From: Haliotis cracherodii
Lineage: Eukaryota
Length of the DNA stretch: 64,000 nt
Assembly (NCBI RefSeq): GCF_022045235.1
Contig: NW_027266319.1
Span: 1,364,001 to 1,428,000 of the forward strand
Direction of reading: 5' to 3'
The notes below the pieces were generated by a model, which saw only the letters and a program-made list of their open reading frames with translations, searched no databases and had not been told where the DNA came from. The position numbers and the translations under genes are program-made. This document shows, in pieces, positions 11,321-25,112 of the stretch. The first letter of the stretch is position 1; every line of letters starts with the position of its first letter.

Positions 11321-13046
11321 CTTGGATCTCTCCTTGTCCTTCTGCTTGTGTTTGAGATCAATCTTGAGAGTCATGAGAGGCGGCTGATCAGTGTCTGTAG
11401 GTAGGGGGCGCTCCTCTCGGGGGGCAGGGGGCGGAGGAGGGGGCGCAACAGGTGGGGCAGGGGGTGGAGGAGGGGGCAGGGACATGGGTGTGGGTGGAGG
11501 CAAAACTGGAGGATGGGGGGCGCGTTTAGGGGAGGTGCCTGACTTGGGCGTGGTTTTCTTGGGTTGAGGTGGGAACGATGGCGGACTTTCCGGGAAGTCA
11601 TACACACTGTACTCCTTGGCTGAAAACTTATCTAGCACTGAGGGTTTCTTGTCAGGTTCGAACAAGTCTAGTTTTTCTGTTTTGACTTTCAATTTGTCCT
11701 TTAGTTTATCTTTTGTAGAACCCATTTTATCTTTCTTCACCCCTTTTTTCTTTTGTTTTTTTTCTGATTTTTCTTTGACTTTCTTGTTGCCTTGTACCTG
11801 TGACAACAGGGGTGGCACTTCCCTAACAGGGGGAGAAAACTCCTCCACCACACGCTTCACCACCTCCTCAACACTAGTGACAGATGGTGGAGCCACCAAC
11901 TCCGTTTCCTCTGACGACTGTCGTATCACAGAGTCTATACTTTCGTCAATTGACTGAGAGTCTGATTTCTCTTTCTTTTCCTTCTTTTTCTGTTTATCAG
12001 AATCTTTACCTGATTTCACTTTGTCTTTCTTTTTCCCTTTCACAATCTTGGGTGACACATCCACTGTCACCTCCTCACTGAAGGTGAAGGTGTCAGGTTT
12101 GTCCTTGTGAGATTGGGAGTCTCGGATCACACTTTCAATACTATCGTCAATGAGAGCCAGCCGGGCCAGCCGGGCCTCCTTCGTATTCTTAACACGGACC
12201 TCCCCCTCCGCGATTACCAACCGCTGGGGGGAGTCATCACGCGAGTTGTTGGACAACTCTTCCTCTAGGGAGGGTTGGAGTCGTGACGAAGAACCAGTCT
12301 CCGTTTTTGACGGGGCTCCGTCTGCACCGACGGACTGCTGTCTAGATTGGGCTTCTGGTTCTGCCCTCGGAGTCTTATCAACAATAACCCGGGATTTCTT
12401 TTCTTTGTGCTTGTGTTTAGAATCTGATTTGGTTTTGGGGGATGAAAGTTTGGGTGAGCTAAGTTTGGCTTTCTCTCCTTTGTGCAAGTCTAATTTGGAT
12501 GAGAGAAGCAAGTCCTTGAGACAACTCTCCCCTTGAGTGCCCGCCACACCCCCACTCGGTCCCCCACTCGGTCCCCCACTGCTGTCACTCTTCTTTAAAT
12601 TCAGCTTGTCCTTGGATTTCAGCTTGTTCTTGGGTTTTGTGTTCTTCGTCACAAGGGGGGACACCTGTTTGGGGGGCCGGGCCAGCTTCCCCACCTTCGG
12701 CGACCGCGGCATCCCCGACGCGGCATCATCCGCTGCCATTTGTTTATACTGCTTCAGCATTTTTTTCTTTGGTGCCACTTTCTCCATACAGTTGTTGGAC
12801 TTGTTGATGTTATCTGCGCCCCCATCCTGGCGATCACGTTTGTCTGCAAGTTTCGGAAGCTGGTCCTTGTTTTCTCGCCCCTTCTCCTTGTCCTCCTTGA
12901 ACTGTAGGGCTTGTCTGAACGTGGGCGGAGTGCGGGCGTCGGGCAGCTTGCCCTGCCTGGTCGGGGTGAGCACGCCGCTCGGGTTCATCAGCACGCTCTT
13001 CATCTCGTATTGGGAGTGGCCAGCCTCCTCCGGCAGATTCGTCAAC
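11321..13046 (-). CDS. TAF3: TAF3 exon 4 (large low-complexity exon)
   Basis: cccag|G to AAG|gtaacc; 1726 nt within the 636-aa ORF; contains SVLMNPSGVLTPTRQGKLPDARTPP. Confidence 0.9.
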
Positions 13047-13909
13047 CTGGGACAACAACAGTTACCACGGTTACAGTCAGTCACTACAGGGAGTACCATG
13101 TATTCCAAAACAAGCGCCTTTAACAAATGTTATATTTGGATAACACATTCTCAGTAAAGTACAGATTCTAGTACTTTTGGGGGTTGAGTCCCATCCAGGA
13201 TTTAAACCCACACTGCCAGGGTGAGTGGCACTGTAATTATTGCTTTTGGCCATGGGAGCCGTGCCACTTTGCACTTGTCAGAGGGGTACACAAAGTATGT
13301 GATCTAGACTACCAGTTTCACGCATGGGACTTTTCAAGACTGTGACCCAGCCTAGGGAAGGTATACGTCAAGTTTAACTAAACATGCATTAATACCTTTT
13401 GAGAAAGTATAACAAGCTATGAGACTTTCTATTTTGTGACCTTGGCCTTTGACCTACTTACAGCATTCCCTGTCCATGTGGTATAAGACCTTTGTAGGGC
13501 ATGCTTTATTAATGCCCATAATCTTTGTGTCATATTCACGAGAAAATGACAATACTGTTGACATTTTACTCAAATGTGACCTTACTTTACTTAGAGATCA
13601 TTGAGAGCTGTGGTTATCATACTTTGTTTGTTTGTTGTTTAACGCCGCACTCAGCAATATTCCAGTTATATGACGGCGGTCTGTAAATAATCGAGTCTGG
13701 ACTATACAATCCAGTGATTGACATCATGAGCATCAACCACACAATTGGGATACAATGACATGCATCATTCATTCTCTTCACAACAAGCATAGTCGCCTCT
13801 TATGGCAGGCATGGGTTGCTGAAGACCTATTCAACCCGGATCTTCACGGGTTATCGAGACATGTAGAGAGTTGTTACAGCCCTGCCTGCTTGTGGACTGG
13901 CTTCCTGAC

Positions 13910-14051
13910 CTGGGTCTCTTTGGTGGGGGTCCCTCGGCAGAGTTGGACAGGGGACGCTTATCAGTGGGGGTGGGGCTGATTGCCAGTGGGGACACAGATT
14001 CCTGAGGTAGCTGGCAGGGCGTGGGCAGGGAGGGTTCCTCTTCCACCTCTT
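13910..14051 (-). CDS. TAF3: TAF3 exon 3
   Basis: ttttccag|AA to AG|gtcagg; phase 1 to 2; ends PPPKRPR. Confidence 0.82.
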
Positions 14052-14115
14052 CTGGAAAACAAAGAACCACCCATGGATTAGGACAGGGATGTCTTCCAAC
14101 ACAACTTGACACAAC

Positions 14116-14612
14116 CAATCTCATTCAAATCAGATCTTAGTTCTGGCTATCGCTAAACACAGATCTTAGGACATACCATTACGGGTCACGTCAGAATGAC
14201 CTTTCATCCGACCAATCAAAGCGTCGCTTACCACATCATGAAAGTAATAGTCAGAATGTGTTTTCTAATCATGAAAATGTTAACACGGAGTATTTGAGGA
14301 GGAGGCGTTCCCACAGTACATGGGAAGCACGGCCATACAATCTCAACCATACATTAGACATTCCGGAATGTTTGTTTGTTCAGTTTTCAAAATTTTAATC
14401 GAGAACTGTGTCAACACAAAGTCGCTAGGTTGAAACGAGTGCCGTAGAGCTTGAGAAAGCTGCTTTCTAATTAGCTGATGTTGACTTCTTGTTAGTCATT
14501 TCAGTGGTCAGTCAAAGTTTGCGATAGGTCGTTCTGACGTGACCAGTAGTGGAATGTCCTCACATTTTAGTTTAGCGGCAGCGAGAACTTAGATCTGATT
14601 TCAATGAGATTG
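14116..14612. mobile_element. MITE with long imperfect TIRs, Mutator-like
   Basis: caatctcattcaaatcagatcttagttc / gaacttagatctgatttcaatgagattg, inner inverted ggtcacgtcagaa; flanks tgacacaac / aaacacaac (7 of 9 match). Confidence 0.65.
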
Positions 14613-14964
14613 AAACACAACACACTACACACACATGTGAACTGTACCGTATCTGTGTTAGCGCTGGCTATCGATTGGATCTTAGAGATCAAAAATTTTG
14701 ATCAATTATCGATAAATATCAGAGAAGTAACTTTCAGCAAACATACAAATATCACAAAGACAAACCATCATATTTCACATTATTAGTGAGTAGAGACACA
14801 TTTATGCATCGGTTGCTTTGCTTTTGTCCTCAGCAATGGACAAAAACAAATCTGCTTCAGTAAATAGAAACTTTTTCATCAAAATAGTTTACTTAAGATA
14901 TTATCGTTGACGCAGTTTTCATATCGAAGATAATTCTGATTATCAATCATTTTAGCCAGCCCTA

Positions 14965-17900
14965 ATATATGGCTGTGTATAAAGTCTATCCATACTTGGG
15001 TATTCAGTCTATCTATGTCTGTGTATATAGTCTATCTATGGCTGTGTCTATCCATGTCTGTGTATACAGTCTATCTATGGCTGTGTCTATAGTCTATCCA
15101 TGACTGTGTATACAGTCTATCTATGGCTGTGTATATAGTCTATCCATGGCTGTGTATATAGTGTATCTATGGCTGTGTCTATAGTCTATCCATGACTGTG
15201 TCTATAGTCTATCCATGGCTGTGTATATAGTCTATCTATGGCTGTGTCTATAGTCTATCCATGGCTGTGTCTATAGTCTATCCATGACTGTGTCTATAGT
15301 CTATCCATGGCTGTGTATAAAGTCTATCCATGGCTGTGTGTATAGTCTATCCATGGCTGTGTATAAAGTCTATCCATGGCTGTGTATAAAGTCTATCCAT
15401 GGCTGTGTATATAGTCTATCCATGGCTGTGTATATATAGTCTATCCATGGCTGTGTATATATAGTCTATCCATGGCTGTGTATATATAGTCTATCCATGG
15501 CTGTGTATATAGTCTATCCATGACTGTGTCTATAGTCTATCCATGACTGTGTGTATAGTCTATCCATGGCTGTGTATACAGTCTATCTATGACTATGTCT
15601 ATCCATGACTGTGTATACAGTCTATCTATGACTATGTCTATCCATGACTGTGTATACAGTCTATCTATGACTATGTCTATCCATGACTGTGTATACAGTC
15701 TATCTATGACTATGTCTATCCATGGCTGTGTATACAGTCTATCCATGACTATGTCTATCCATGACTGTGTATACAGTCTATCTATGGCTGTGTATATAGT
15801 CTATCCATGGCTGTGTATATAGTGTATCTATGGCTGTGTCTATAGTCTATCCATGACTGTGTCTATAGTCTATCCATGGCTGTGTATATAGTCTATCTAT
15901 GGCTGTGTCTATAGTCTATCCATGGCTGTGTCTATAGTCTATCCATGACTGTGTCTATAGTCTATCCATGGCTGTGTATAAAGTCTATCCATGGCTGTGT
16001 GTATAGTCTATCCATGGCTGTGTATAAAGTCTATCCATGGCTGTGTATAAAGTCTATCCATGGCTGTGTATATAGTCTATCCATGGCTGTGTATATATAG
16101 TCTATCCATGACTGTGTCTATAGTCTATCCATGGCTGTGTATAAAGTCTATCCATGGCTGTGTATACAGTCTATCCATGACTGTGTATATAGTCTATCCA
16201 TGGCTGTGTCTATAGTCTATCCATGGCTGTGTCTATAGTCTATCCATGACTGTGTATATAGTCTATCCATGGCTGTGTATAAAGTCTATCCATGGCTGTG
16301 TGTATAGTCTATCCATGGCTGTGTATATAGTCTATCCATGGCTGTGTCTATAGTATATCCATGACTGTGTCTATAGTCTATCCATGGCTGTGTATAAAGT
16401 CTATCCATGGCTGTGTATATAGTCTATCCATGGCTGTGTATATATAGTCTATCCATGACTGTGTCTATAGTCTATCCATGGCTGTGTATAAAGTCTATCC
16501 ATGGCTGTGTATACAGTCTATCCATGACTGTGTATATAGTCTATCCATGGCTGTGTATACAGTCTATCTATGGCTGTGTATATAGTCTATCCATGACTGT
16601 GTATATAGTCTATCCATGGCTGTGTATATAGTCTATCCATGGCTGTGTATATAGTCTATCCATGGCTGTGTATATAGTCTATCCATGGCTGTGTATATAG
16701 TCTATCCATGACTGTGTATATAGTCTATCCATGGCTGTGTATATATAGTCTATCCATGGCTGTGTATATATAGTCTATCCATGGCTGTGTATATATAGTC
16801 TATCCATGGCTGTGTATATAGTCTATCCATGACTGTGTCTATAGTCTATCCATGACTGTGTGTATAGTCTATCCATGGCTGTGTATACAGTCTATCTATG
16901 ACTATGTCTATCCATGACTGTGTATACAGTCTATCTATGACTATGTCTATCCATGACTGTGTATACAGTCTATCTATGACTATGTCTATCCATGACTGTG
17001 TATACAGTCTATCTATGACTATGTCTATCCATGGCTGTGTATACAGTCTATCTATGACTATGTCTATCCATGGCTGTGTATACAGTCTATCCATGACTAT
17101 GTCTATCCATGACTGTGTATACAGTCTATCTATGACTATGTCTATCCATGACTGTGTATACAGTCTATCAATGACTGTGTATACAGTCTATCTATGTCTG
17201 TGTCTATCCATGACTGTGTATACAGTCTATCCATGACTGTGTATACAGTCTATCCATGACTATGTCTATCCATGACTGTGTATACAGTCTATCCATGACT
17301 ATGTCTATCCATGACTGTGTATACAGTCTATCCATGACTGTGTATACAGTCTATCCATGGCTGTGTATATAGTGTATCTATGGCTGTGTCTATAGTCTAT
17401 CCATGGCTGTGTATATATAGTCTATCCATGGCTGTGTATATATAGTCTATCCATGGCTGTGTATACAGTCTATCCATGACTGTGTATATAGTCTATCCAT
17501 GACTGTGTATATAGTCTATCTATGACTGTGTATACAGTCTATCCATGGCTGTGTATATAGTCTATCCATGGCTGTGTATATAGTCTATCCATGGCTGTGT
17601 ATACAGTCTATCTATGGCTGTGTATATAGTCTATCAATGACTGTGTATAAAGTCTATCTATGGCTGTGTCTACAGTCTATCCATGGCTGTGTATATAGTC
17701 TATCCATGACTGTGTATATAGTCTATCCATGGCTGTGTATATAGTCTATCCATGGCTGTGTATATAGTCTATCCATGGCTGTGTCTATAGTCTATCCATG
17801 GCTGTGTATATAGTCTATCCATGACTGTGTATATAGTCTATCCATGGCTGTGTATATATAGTCTATCCATGGCTGTGTATATATAGTCTATCCATGGCTG

Positions 17901-18815
17901 TGTATATAGTGTATCCATGGCTGTGTATACAGTCTATCCATGACTGTGTATATAGTCTATCCATGGCTGTGTATATAGTCTATCCATGACTGTGTATATA
18001 GTCTATCCATGACTGTGTATATAGTCTATCCATGGCTGTGTATATATAGTCTATCCATGACTGTGTATATAGTCTATCCATGGCTGTGTATATATAGTCT
18101 ATCCATGACTGTGTATATAGTCTATCCATGGCTGTGTATATAGTCTATCCATGACTGTGTATATAGTCTATCCATGACTGTGTGTATAGTCTATCCATGG
18201 CTGTGTATATAGTCTATCCATGACTGTGTATATATAGTCTATCCATGACTGTGTATATAGTCTATCCATGGCTGTGTATATATAGTCTATCCATGGCTGT
18301 GTATATAGTCTATCCATGACTGTGTATATAGTCTATCCATGACTGTGTGTATAGTCTATCCATGACTGTGTATATAGTCTATCCATGACTGTGCCTATAG
18401 TCTATCCATGGCTGTGTATATATAGTCTATCCATGGCTGTGTATAGTCTATCCATGACTGTGCCTATAGTCTATCCATGGCTGTGTATATAGTCTATCCA
18501 TGACTGTGCCTATAGTCTATCCATGACTGTGTATATAGTCTATCCATGACTGTGTATATAGTCTATCCATGGCTGTGTATATAGTCTATCCATGACTGTG
18601 TATATAGTCTATCCATGGCTGTGTACATAGTCTATCCATGACTGTGTATATAGTCTATCCATGACTGTGTATATAGTCTATCTATGACTGTGTATATATA
18701 GTCTATCCATGACTGTATATATAGTCTATCCATGGCTGTGTATATAGTCTATCCATGGCTGTGTATATAGTCTATCCATGACTGTGTGTATAGTCTATCC
18801 ATGACTGTGCCTATA
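14965..18815. repeat. 21-bp minisatellite (tatagtctatccatggctgtg)n, about 3.85 kb
   Basis: Direct inspection; starts about 10 nt from the TAF3 exon 2 donor. Confidence 0.95.
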
Positions 18816-18827
18816 GCCTAGTCTTAC

Positions 18828-19073
18828 CCTCCATTCCTGGGTACATATAGGGGAGGTGGTCATGTACATGCTCTTCTCGATGTTGCAGTAACTCCCGACT
18901 TCGTGGATTAGGGAATCCGAGGTTATTACGTTTCCGGGCCGGAAATGACACCACCTCTCGTGCAAACGCCACTGGCTCAACATGGCGGATGTAGTCCTCG
19001 AGTTCTCCCAGCTGAATACCATAGTGGCGGAATGTCAAGGCCAGATCATCCAGATTTGGCTCCGTTCTCCCAA
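18828..19073 (-). CDS. TAF3: TAF3 exon 2 (histone fold / bromodomain-associated domain)
   Basis: GRTEPNLDDLALTFRHYGIQLGELEDYIRHVEPVAF...HLPYMYP; gttgcag| acceptor and G|gtaaga donor. Confidence 0.93.
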
Positions 19074-20322
19074 CTGCAACACAAGCAAACCCGTGTAACC
19101 ATGGCAACACTGATCATGAGCACACGTGAGATATTTCTTGGTTATCACCACGAGACCTGTGAGAGCCCTGTGTCACTTCACGGGTGTCCTTCTACCAGTG
19201 TCCAAAATAACTGCCTGCCCACCTGCCCGTGACTTGTAACTTTTTTGTCAGGCTGCATGAAATTTTCCTCCACCTGCACGACTGTCTCACAGCTAATTTT
19301 AAGCCAACTTACGTATCCTTGTAGGTTCCCCAGTAATTGTGTGCATTATTTCAACTGAATCAAGACGCACTTTGTCTCTCATTTTTTGCAATTTTTCAAT
19401 ACATATAATGTCTGAATGCGGGCAGGTAACTCTGGAGATGGACGGGCAACATTTATGGGACACCTGCCCGACTGTCTTGTTGGTGTGTAAAATTATCTCA
19501 AACACTGCCTCCCACATCACGTCTACTCACAGTGATGTAACTGAAATACAGAAGTGAAACTGAACTGACACGGAAAACTCCCCATTACCATGACAACCAC
19601 TGTGATAACCGTGAATACACAAATATTTCATCCTGAAGAATCAGCTCCTAACATGCATACAGAGGCACTCTGAATACCCCATCACACGTCAAGTTCAAGC
19701 ATCCATAGATTAGGACCCATATAATGTCATCTTTTCAGGTTAACAATTTGGAAACAGAATGCCACAATACATGGCTTTACTCATGGTACCATGACAATCT
19801 CTGAATAGCACCAATACATGGCTTTACTCATGAAAATACCATGACAACATTGTCACATAATCATTGGTCCATTGCATGTAAAATGTTCCCACAAATAGTG
19901 CACATGATAAATCACTGATAATCACTATTTTATTAAATTGGATTCTTAACATTATGTTATTTAACTTATGGTTAAGAAATTCTAATTTAGCTGTGGTTAC
20001 ATATCTCTCACAACTATTCAAGAAATGAAAAGAACTTAACAGTGCACAGGTCTTTGAAAGGCATTTAGATGTGTGCATACTCAATTGCGTCCTCTACAGT
20101 GTATTTCAATTAAGACTTGTTATCAATGAAATACAGGTAATGTCTACAAAGCCAGAAAGTTGATAGTTATATCAATTAACATGAATTGGGAATTTTTTAA
20201 TTCCAATTTGGCATTTGCAGCAGGCTTATGGCCAAATATCGGCGGCCTCTCAGGTCCAGATACATCCTGCATGGACTATTTAGACAGGGGCTGACTGAAT
20301 CTCATCCCCTCTATGCACTTAC

Positions 20323-20488
20323 ACTGCTCCGAGTAGCGGTGAGATATCTTGCCAAGGTCTATAAGATAGCGCTCTAAGACATCAGTGAGCAACTCAAGGG
20401 GAGACGACTGTGTGGCATTCCATCCTAGATTCTGACACAGCTGAGCTATGCAGATTCGCAGCATTCTGCGACAATACTCAGTAGCCAT
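20323..20488 (-). CDS. TAF3: TAF3 first coding exon (histone fold)
   Basis: MATEYCRRMLRICIAQLCQNLGWNATQSSPLELLTDVLERYL... matches the TAF3 N-terminus; an acceptor (ttttcag|G ATG) just upstream implies a non-coding first exon; the full CDS sums to 3687 nt (1228 aa). Confidence 0.93.
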
Positions 20489-21419
20489 CCTGAAAAGTAA
20501 ATTGTTTACACAGATTATTTACATGATTTCAGTTTGCCATATTCATGCAAAACCAAACAGTTACGCAAACCATAACTTTCCATAAACATGTTCCAAGGAT
20601 TTATCTAGGGACTCCAAAGTAAGGCAAGCAAACAGGGACACAATTGCAATACTGTTGAAAATTTGATCCTTTTAATGTTCTTATTTTCATAAATTCTGAG
20701 GAACTGGGAAATAATTCATTCAAATTGGGAATTTTTACTATCCTCTGCAGCAGACTTGGGGCTGAATATCTGCCTCTGAGCAGGTCTAGATAAATCCCTG
20801 TGTTCATACTCTTGTTCATAGTGCTGTCACTTGTTTATTAAAAAGCACTGACCAGTAGAGTTGTGACTTTGTGATGACAGAATTCTGAATGTTACACTTC
20901 TGTAACACTATACTAGACCATGTAGACTACACTGTCTGTAAACATGTCACGTCAAGCTTAAATTTCACTCAGTAATTACTTGAAGATCCACAACCAAACC
21001 TTTTGCACTAACTCATTAATTACAAGAATCATTATCCACATAGCTATATCAATATGGGAAATATGTGGATTCATGCATATGCAGGACATTACGGACATTG
21101 ATAGAATCTCATTCATGAAATGTCTTCTAAAATTGGCAAAATGAAACGGAAGTACACACGATTGGACAGATGTTTCATTTACTCTTTCCAACAATATGGT
21201 TGTTTTTCACTTTACACATTTTAGTAGATATTTTTTTGGCACATGCATCCTCGGAGCTGCATCCTCATAGCATGTCACATGCATCCTCAGAGCTGCACCC
21301 TTACAGCATGTTCATGGGTGTGATTCAGTAATGTAATCTAAGAAACTGTTGTGGTTAGCAATGGCACACAGTCCTGGCTTGTGTGTGTGTGCGTGTGTAG
21401 GGGGTATATAGTCCTGATT

Positions 21420-21450
<31 letters not shown>

Positions 21451-22604
21451 GGGGGGTATATAGTCCTGATTGTGGGTTGTGTGTGTGTGTGTGTGTGATG
21501 TGAAGGGGGTATTTAGTCCTGATTGTGGGTTGGCTTGGGCTGGGGTGTGCACTAACTCATAGCAAAACATGTTATCGACCAGCATAAGTTCTATGCCATG
21601 CTTGTGTGATCAAGTGTCAGCAATTATTACCTGTTCATGTAACTACATACCAGACTAAGCGCTAACTCTTGTGACAGTTTGTCTTATCATCCATGAAACT
21701 GCAGACAAGGGGACACTAATAACATATCAATGTCTGGTGTTGGCCTCCATTGTCATGAGTGTACATAGCGGCATTGTGTACAGTGCTGCCAACAGTGTCA
21801 GCAACAAGAGTAGGTCAGTGTTATCTACATGTTGACTACCTGCTAGTGTGGCCAGCTGGACTGTGTCATGTGAGGCGATGATTGGCGAGTCCTCCGTCCA
21901 GTCCTATCATCCAGTAACACTTGATCCATGCTCGCGGGAGTATACTGACCGTCTACAAGACATTGCACACTCTCGTCCTTCACCTCGTCTTAACGATGTG
22001 CAATAAATTGCAAATATTTAAGCTAAAGAATTACTGAAATTGGGTCATGCACGTGTGATCGATGGCCAATCAGTATTGTTCGCTGAGCCGGTATCATTCT
22101 GGTGTCCACACAACGATCTGCCAATGTCCAAAAGTTCAAGGACAGGAAATAAAAACCCCATCCACGGGTTTGTCAGGCAGTAAACAGCAACAGTCATCAG
22201 CCACCAGACGACACGGATATTCAAGATATCAAAAGCCTATGTGCAAAAGTGTGTAACGTAGTACAATACTATACAAAAGCGGCTAAATTGGTGTCAAATG
22301 CGCCTTCTATCACAACAATCTTGACCGACTTTTCCCAACAGAGTTAGTTCCCTTCCCGAAATGTTATTTTCAATACAACTAACTAAATATTTACCGGCTT
22401 CTGTTGGATTCAACAAAACACGCATAAATCTTAAGCCAGGATTCATTTAAACAAAGAACAAATACAAACGTGAACTTCCTTTCAGGATCACCCGAAAACC
22501 TTTGAATATTTTGCAGAGTAGAATTTCAAACTGAGAATCGGCAGGCTTAGACAAGATGAATTTAACGTATTTATAAACTTTAACATTTTGTTCATGAGGC
22601 GAAT

Positions 22605-22616
22605 TTTGGCGCGAAA
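22605..22616. promoter_or_regulatory. Overlapping double E2F site TTTGGCGCGAAA, candidate TAF3 promoter region
   Basis: Exact DHFR-type E2F element upstream of the first TAF3 coding exon; CCAAT and E-box near 22050-22072. Confidence 0.4.
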
Positions 22617-22939
22617 CACCCGAACCACATAAACGGGTTGAACAGCTGAATCACACGGACATTCCTAGATGCGTGACATTTTTACTAGCGATTATTTTCC
22701 TTCAAACGAAACTTTTATATACCAATTTGATAGAGTCAGACTTTGGAGCGAAGACGGCACCACACATGCAAGTAGACACTTCAAGAAAACTTGGAAGAAA
22801 CACACTAACTGTACAACAAACTCATTTGGTTAAAAGAATTAATCTTTTTTAAAAGTAACATTTGCTCATTGCTTTGTGGGTTATTTGCATTTATTTAGCA
22901 CGCTAACTTTGGATCGGAAAATGTACCAAAGCTTATCTT

Positions 22940-23295
22940 GCACAACATTGTCACACGACATCCTGGCACAACATTGTCACACGACATCCTGGGACAACAT
23001 TGTCACACAACATCATGGCACAACATTATCACGCAACATCCTGGGACAACATTGTCACACAACATCCTGGCACAACATTGTCACACAACATCCTGGCACA
23101 ACATTGTCACACAACATCCTGGCATTACATTGTCACACGACATCCTGGGACAACATTGTCACACAACATCCTGGCACAACATTGTCACACAACATCCTGG
23201 CACAACATTGTCACACGACATCCTGGGACAACATTGTCACACAACATCCTGGCACAACATTGTCACACAACATCCTGGCACAACATTGTCACAAA
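22940..23295. repeat. 26-bp tandem repeat (acaacattgtcacacaacatcctggc)
   Basis: About 13 copies. Confidence 0.93.
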
Positions 23296-23947
23296 ATCCG
23301 CATCTTCACACAACATTTTCATTAAAAGAATCCTGCCACATAATTCCCACACAGACCCTCACACTGATCCATATAGCCAGTATCCCGCCACAATTCATCA
23401 CGATGTCGCTACATAAAATATCCGCACATCTGTCCTGAGATTCGAACCACGAACTTTCCTTTGTCGGATGTCTTGTTCACGTGACCACTGAGGTGCCCTC
23501 CCAGCTTATAAGGATGACACGTGACTCCACGTCTCGCTTTAAAGGAGATCTATGGAATCAAAACGTCCTGATAATGTCAAAAAGTTATACAAAGTACATA
23601 TTTACACCATAGTCATATATGATTTCATCACAAACTGAACTAACTAGCGTGGCCGTCAAACTTGTGATAAACAGTTGCCACAAATAAAATGCTGACGGCG
23701 ACATAAAATAATATTCATTCACTGAAACTTAGAGGCACTTTGCCAGGATCTCAACGAGAGACCAAATATTTAAAAATGTATCATGTGATTATTCGGGTTA
23801 ATTCGATTTAATTCGGTTTCGCAGCAGCTACTCTGTATGGATGTGGAAGTTGGCCAATGGATGGAGAAGACGCAACTCTGCAGAGTCATTTGTAAGTAAG
23901 TGAGTACACAGTCCACGTCATACTTCATCAACTGTCTTGGCTTGCTC

Positions 23948-24265
23948 AGTGAAAACGGCCACAGACCCAAGACAAAAGGACCAAAGACCCACAGACCCAA
24001 GACAAAACGTCCACAGACCCAAGACAAAACGTCCACAGACCCAAGGCAAAACGACCAAAGACCCACAGACCCAAGACAAAACGTCCACAGACCCAAGGCA
24101 AAACGTCCACAGACCCAAGGCAAAACGTCCACAGACCCAAGGCAAAACGACCAAAGACCCAAGACAAAACGGCCACATCAAAAAGTCAAAACGACCACAG
24201 ACCAAAGACAAACGACCACAGACCTACAAGACAAAAAGACCACATCAAAAGTCAAAATGGCCACA
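23948..24265. repeat. 22-bp tandem repeat (acagacccaagacaaaacgtcc), probably the subterminal array of a DNA element
   Basis: Direct inspection; related units in opposite orientation at 27455-27530. Confidence 0.8.
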
Positions 24266-24376
24266 TGGAAAAGTATAACTGTAGATCACAACTTGTGTTA
24301 CTTTGCTGTATTTATTTAATTAATTCAAACGATTTAAAATAAACTTTGATCATTGAATGAAACCGCTGTGTGTCTT

Positions 24377-24538
24377 GGGCGGTCGGGTAGCCTTGTGGTT
24401 AAAGCGTTCGCTCGTCACACCGAAGACCCGGGTTCGATTCCCGACATGGGTGCAATGTGTGAAGCCCATTTCTGATGTCCCCCGCCGTGATATTGCTGGA
24501 ATATTGCTTAAAGCGGCGTAAAACCATACCCACTCACT
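24377..24538 (+). mobile_element. tRNA-derived SINE family B
   Basis: A box TAGCCTTGTGG, B box GGTTCGATTCC, shared 3' tail GGAATATTGCT..GCGGCGTAAAAC(ACTC)n; second copy at 3946-4105 (-). Confidence 0.85.
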
Positions 24539-25072
24539 GTGTGTGTTGTCTTTACTAAATATTTGTAATACACATTGCGCTGATGGGTTTAAACTAGGGG
24601 TCAGGACGAAGATAGTCTGATTGTTTGTCTGGTAATTAGGAGGAGTAATTGAGTGATTTTACATGTAATTAAACTTGTTAGAGGTTCAAGCCTCCCAAGT
24701 TGAGACGACTTCACGTGGGCAAGGTGAGACTATACAGATCGATATATCGAACTTCAGCTGGAATGTTAGATCAGAGGTTCAGTTTTATGGCCTCTGGTTA
24801 GACTAACGCTCAGTATCTGAAAATATATTCTTTTGATAGAAACAAACAACTACATTGAACTTATTTAAGTGGCATGTCGACGTTGTCATTGATATACAAC
24901 TGCTTTATTACAATGGATGCGACGTTTCGCGAACACCGTCATCAAGCAAGTGACGTGTGGACATGTGAAGTGGGAAGGTTATATACATGTGGATGAATGA
25001 TGTTTATACAAAGAAGAATGATGATAGATTGATGAATTGTTTGAGGATAACAACTTCTTTATTTACTGTAAA

Positions 25073-25112
25073 GGTGACGTTTCGGAATAGATCCTTATAC
25101 CGTTGTCAAGCC
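25073..25112 (-). ncRNA. Minimal hammerhead-like ribozyme (U3-A8 variant)
   Basis: GGC TTGACAA C GGTATA aggatc TATTCC GAAACGTC ACC; inverted partial partner at 25116-25156. Confidence 0.6.

Noticed and set aside
7534-13157. + strand ORFs such as 7966-8337, 9718-10365 and 12537-13157
   Set aside because: Antisense shadows of TAF3 exons or of the 45-bp array.
21870-21952. C/D box snoRNA-like stretch (GATGATTGG ... CTGACC, reminiscent of U8/U13 boxes)
   Set aside because: Imperfect C box, no convincing terminal stem or recognisable guide, and antisense to the likely host; an Infernal/snoscan hit would be needed.
22876-24319. ORFs of 113-166 aa with repeated peptides
   Set aside because: Products of the 26-bp and 22-bp tandem repeats.
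24377-24450. tRNA gene
   Set aside because: The tRNA-like head continues into a SINE body and tail and is multicopy.
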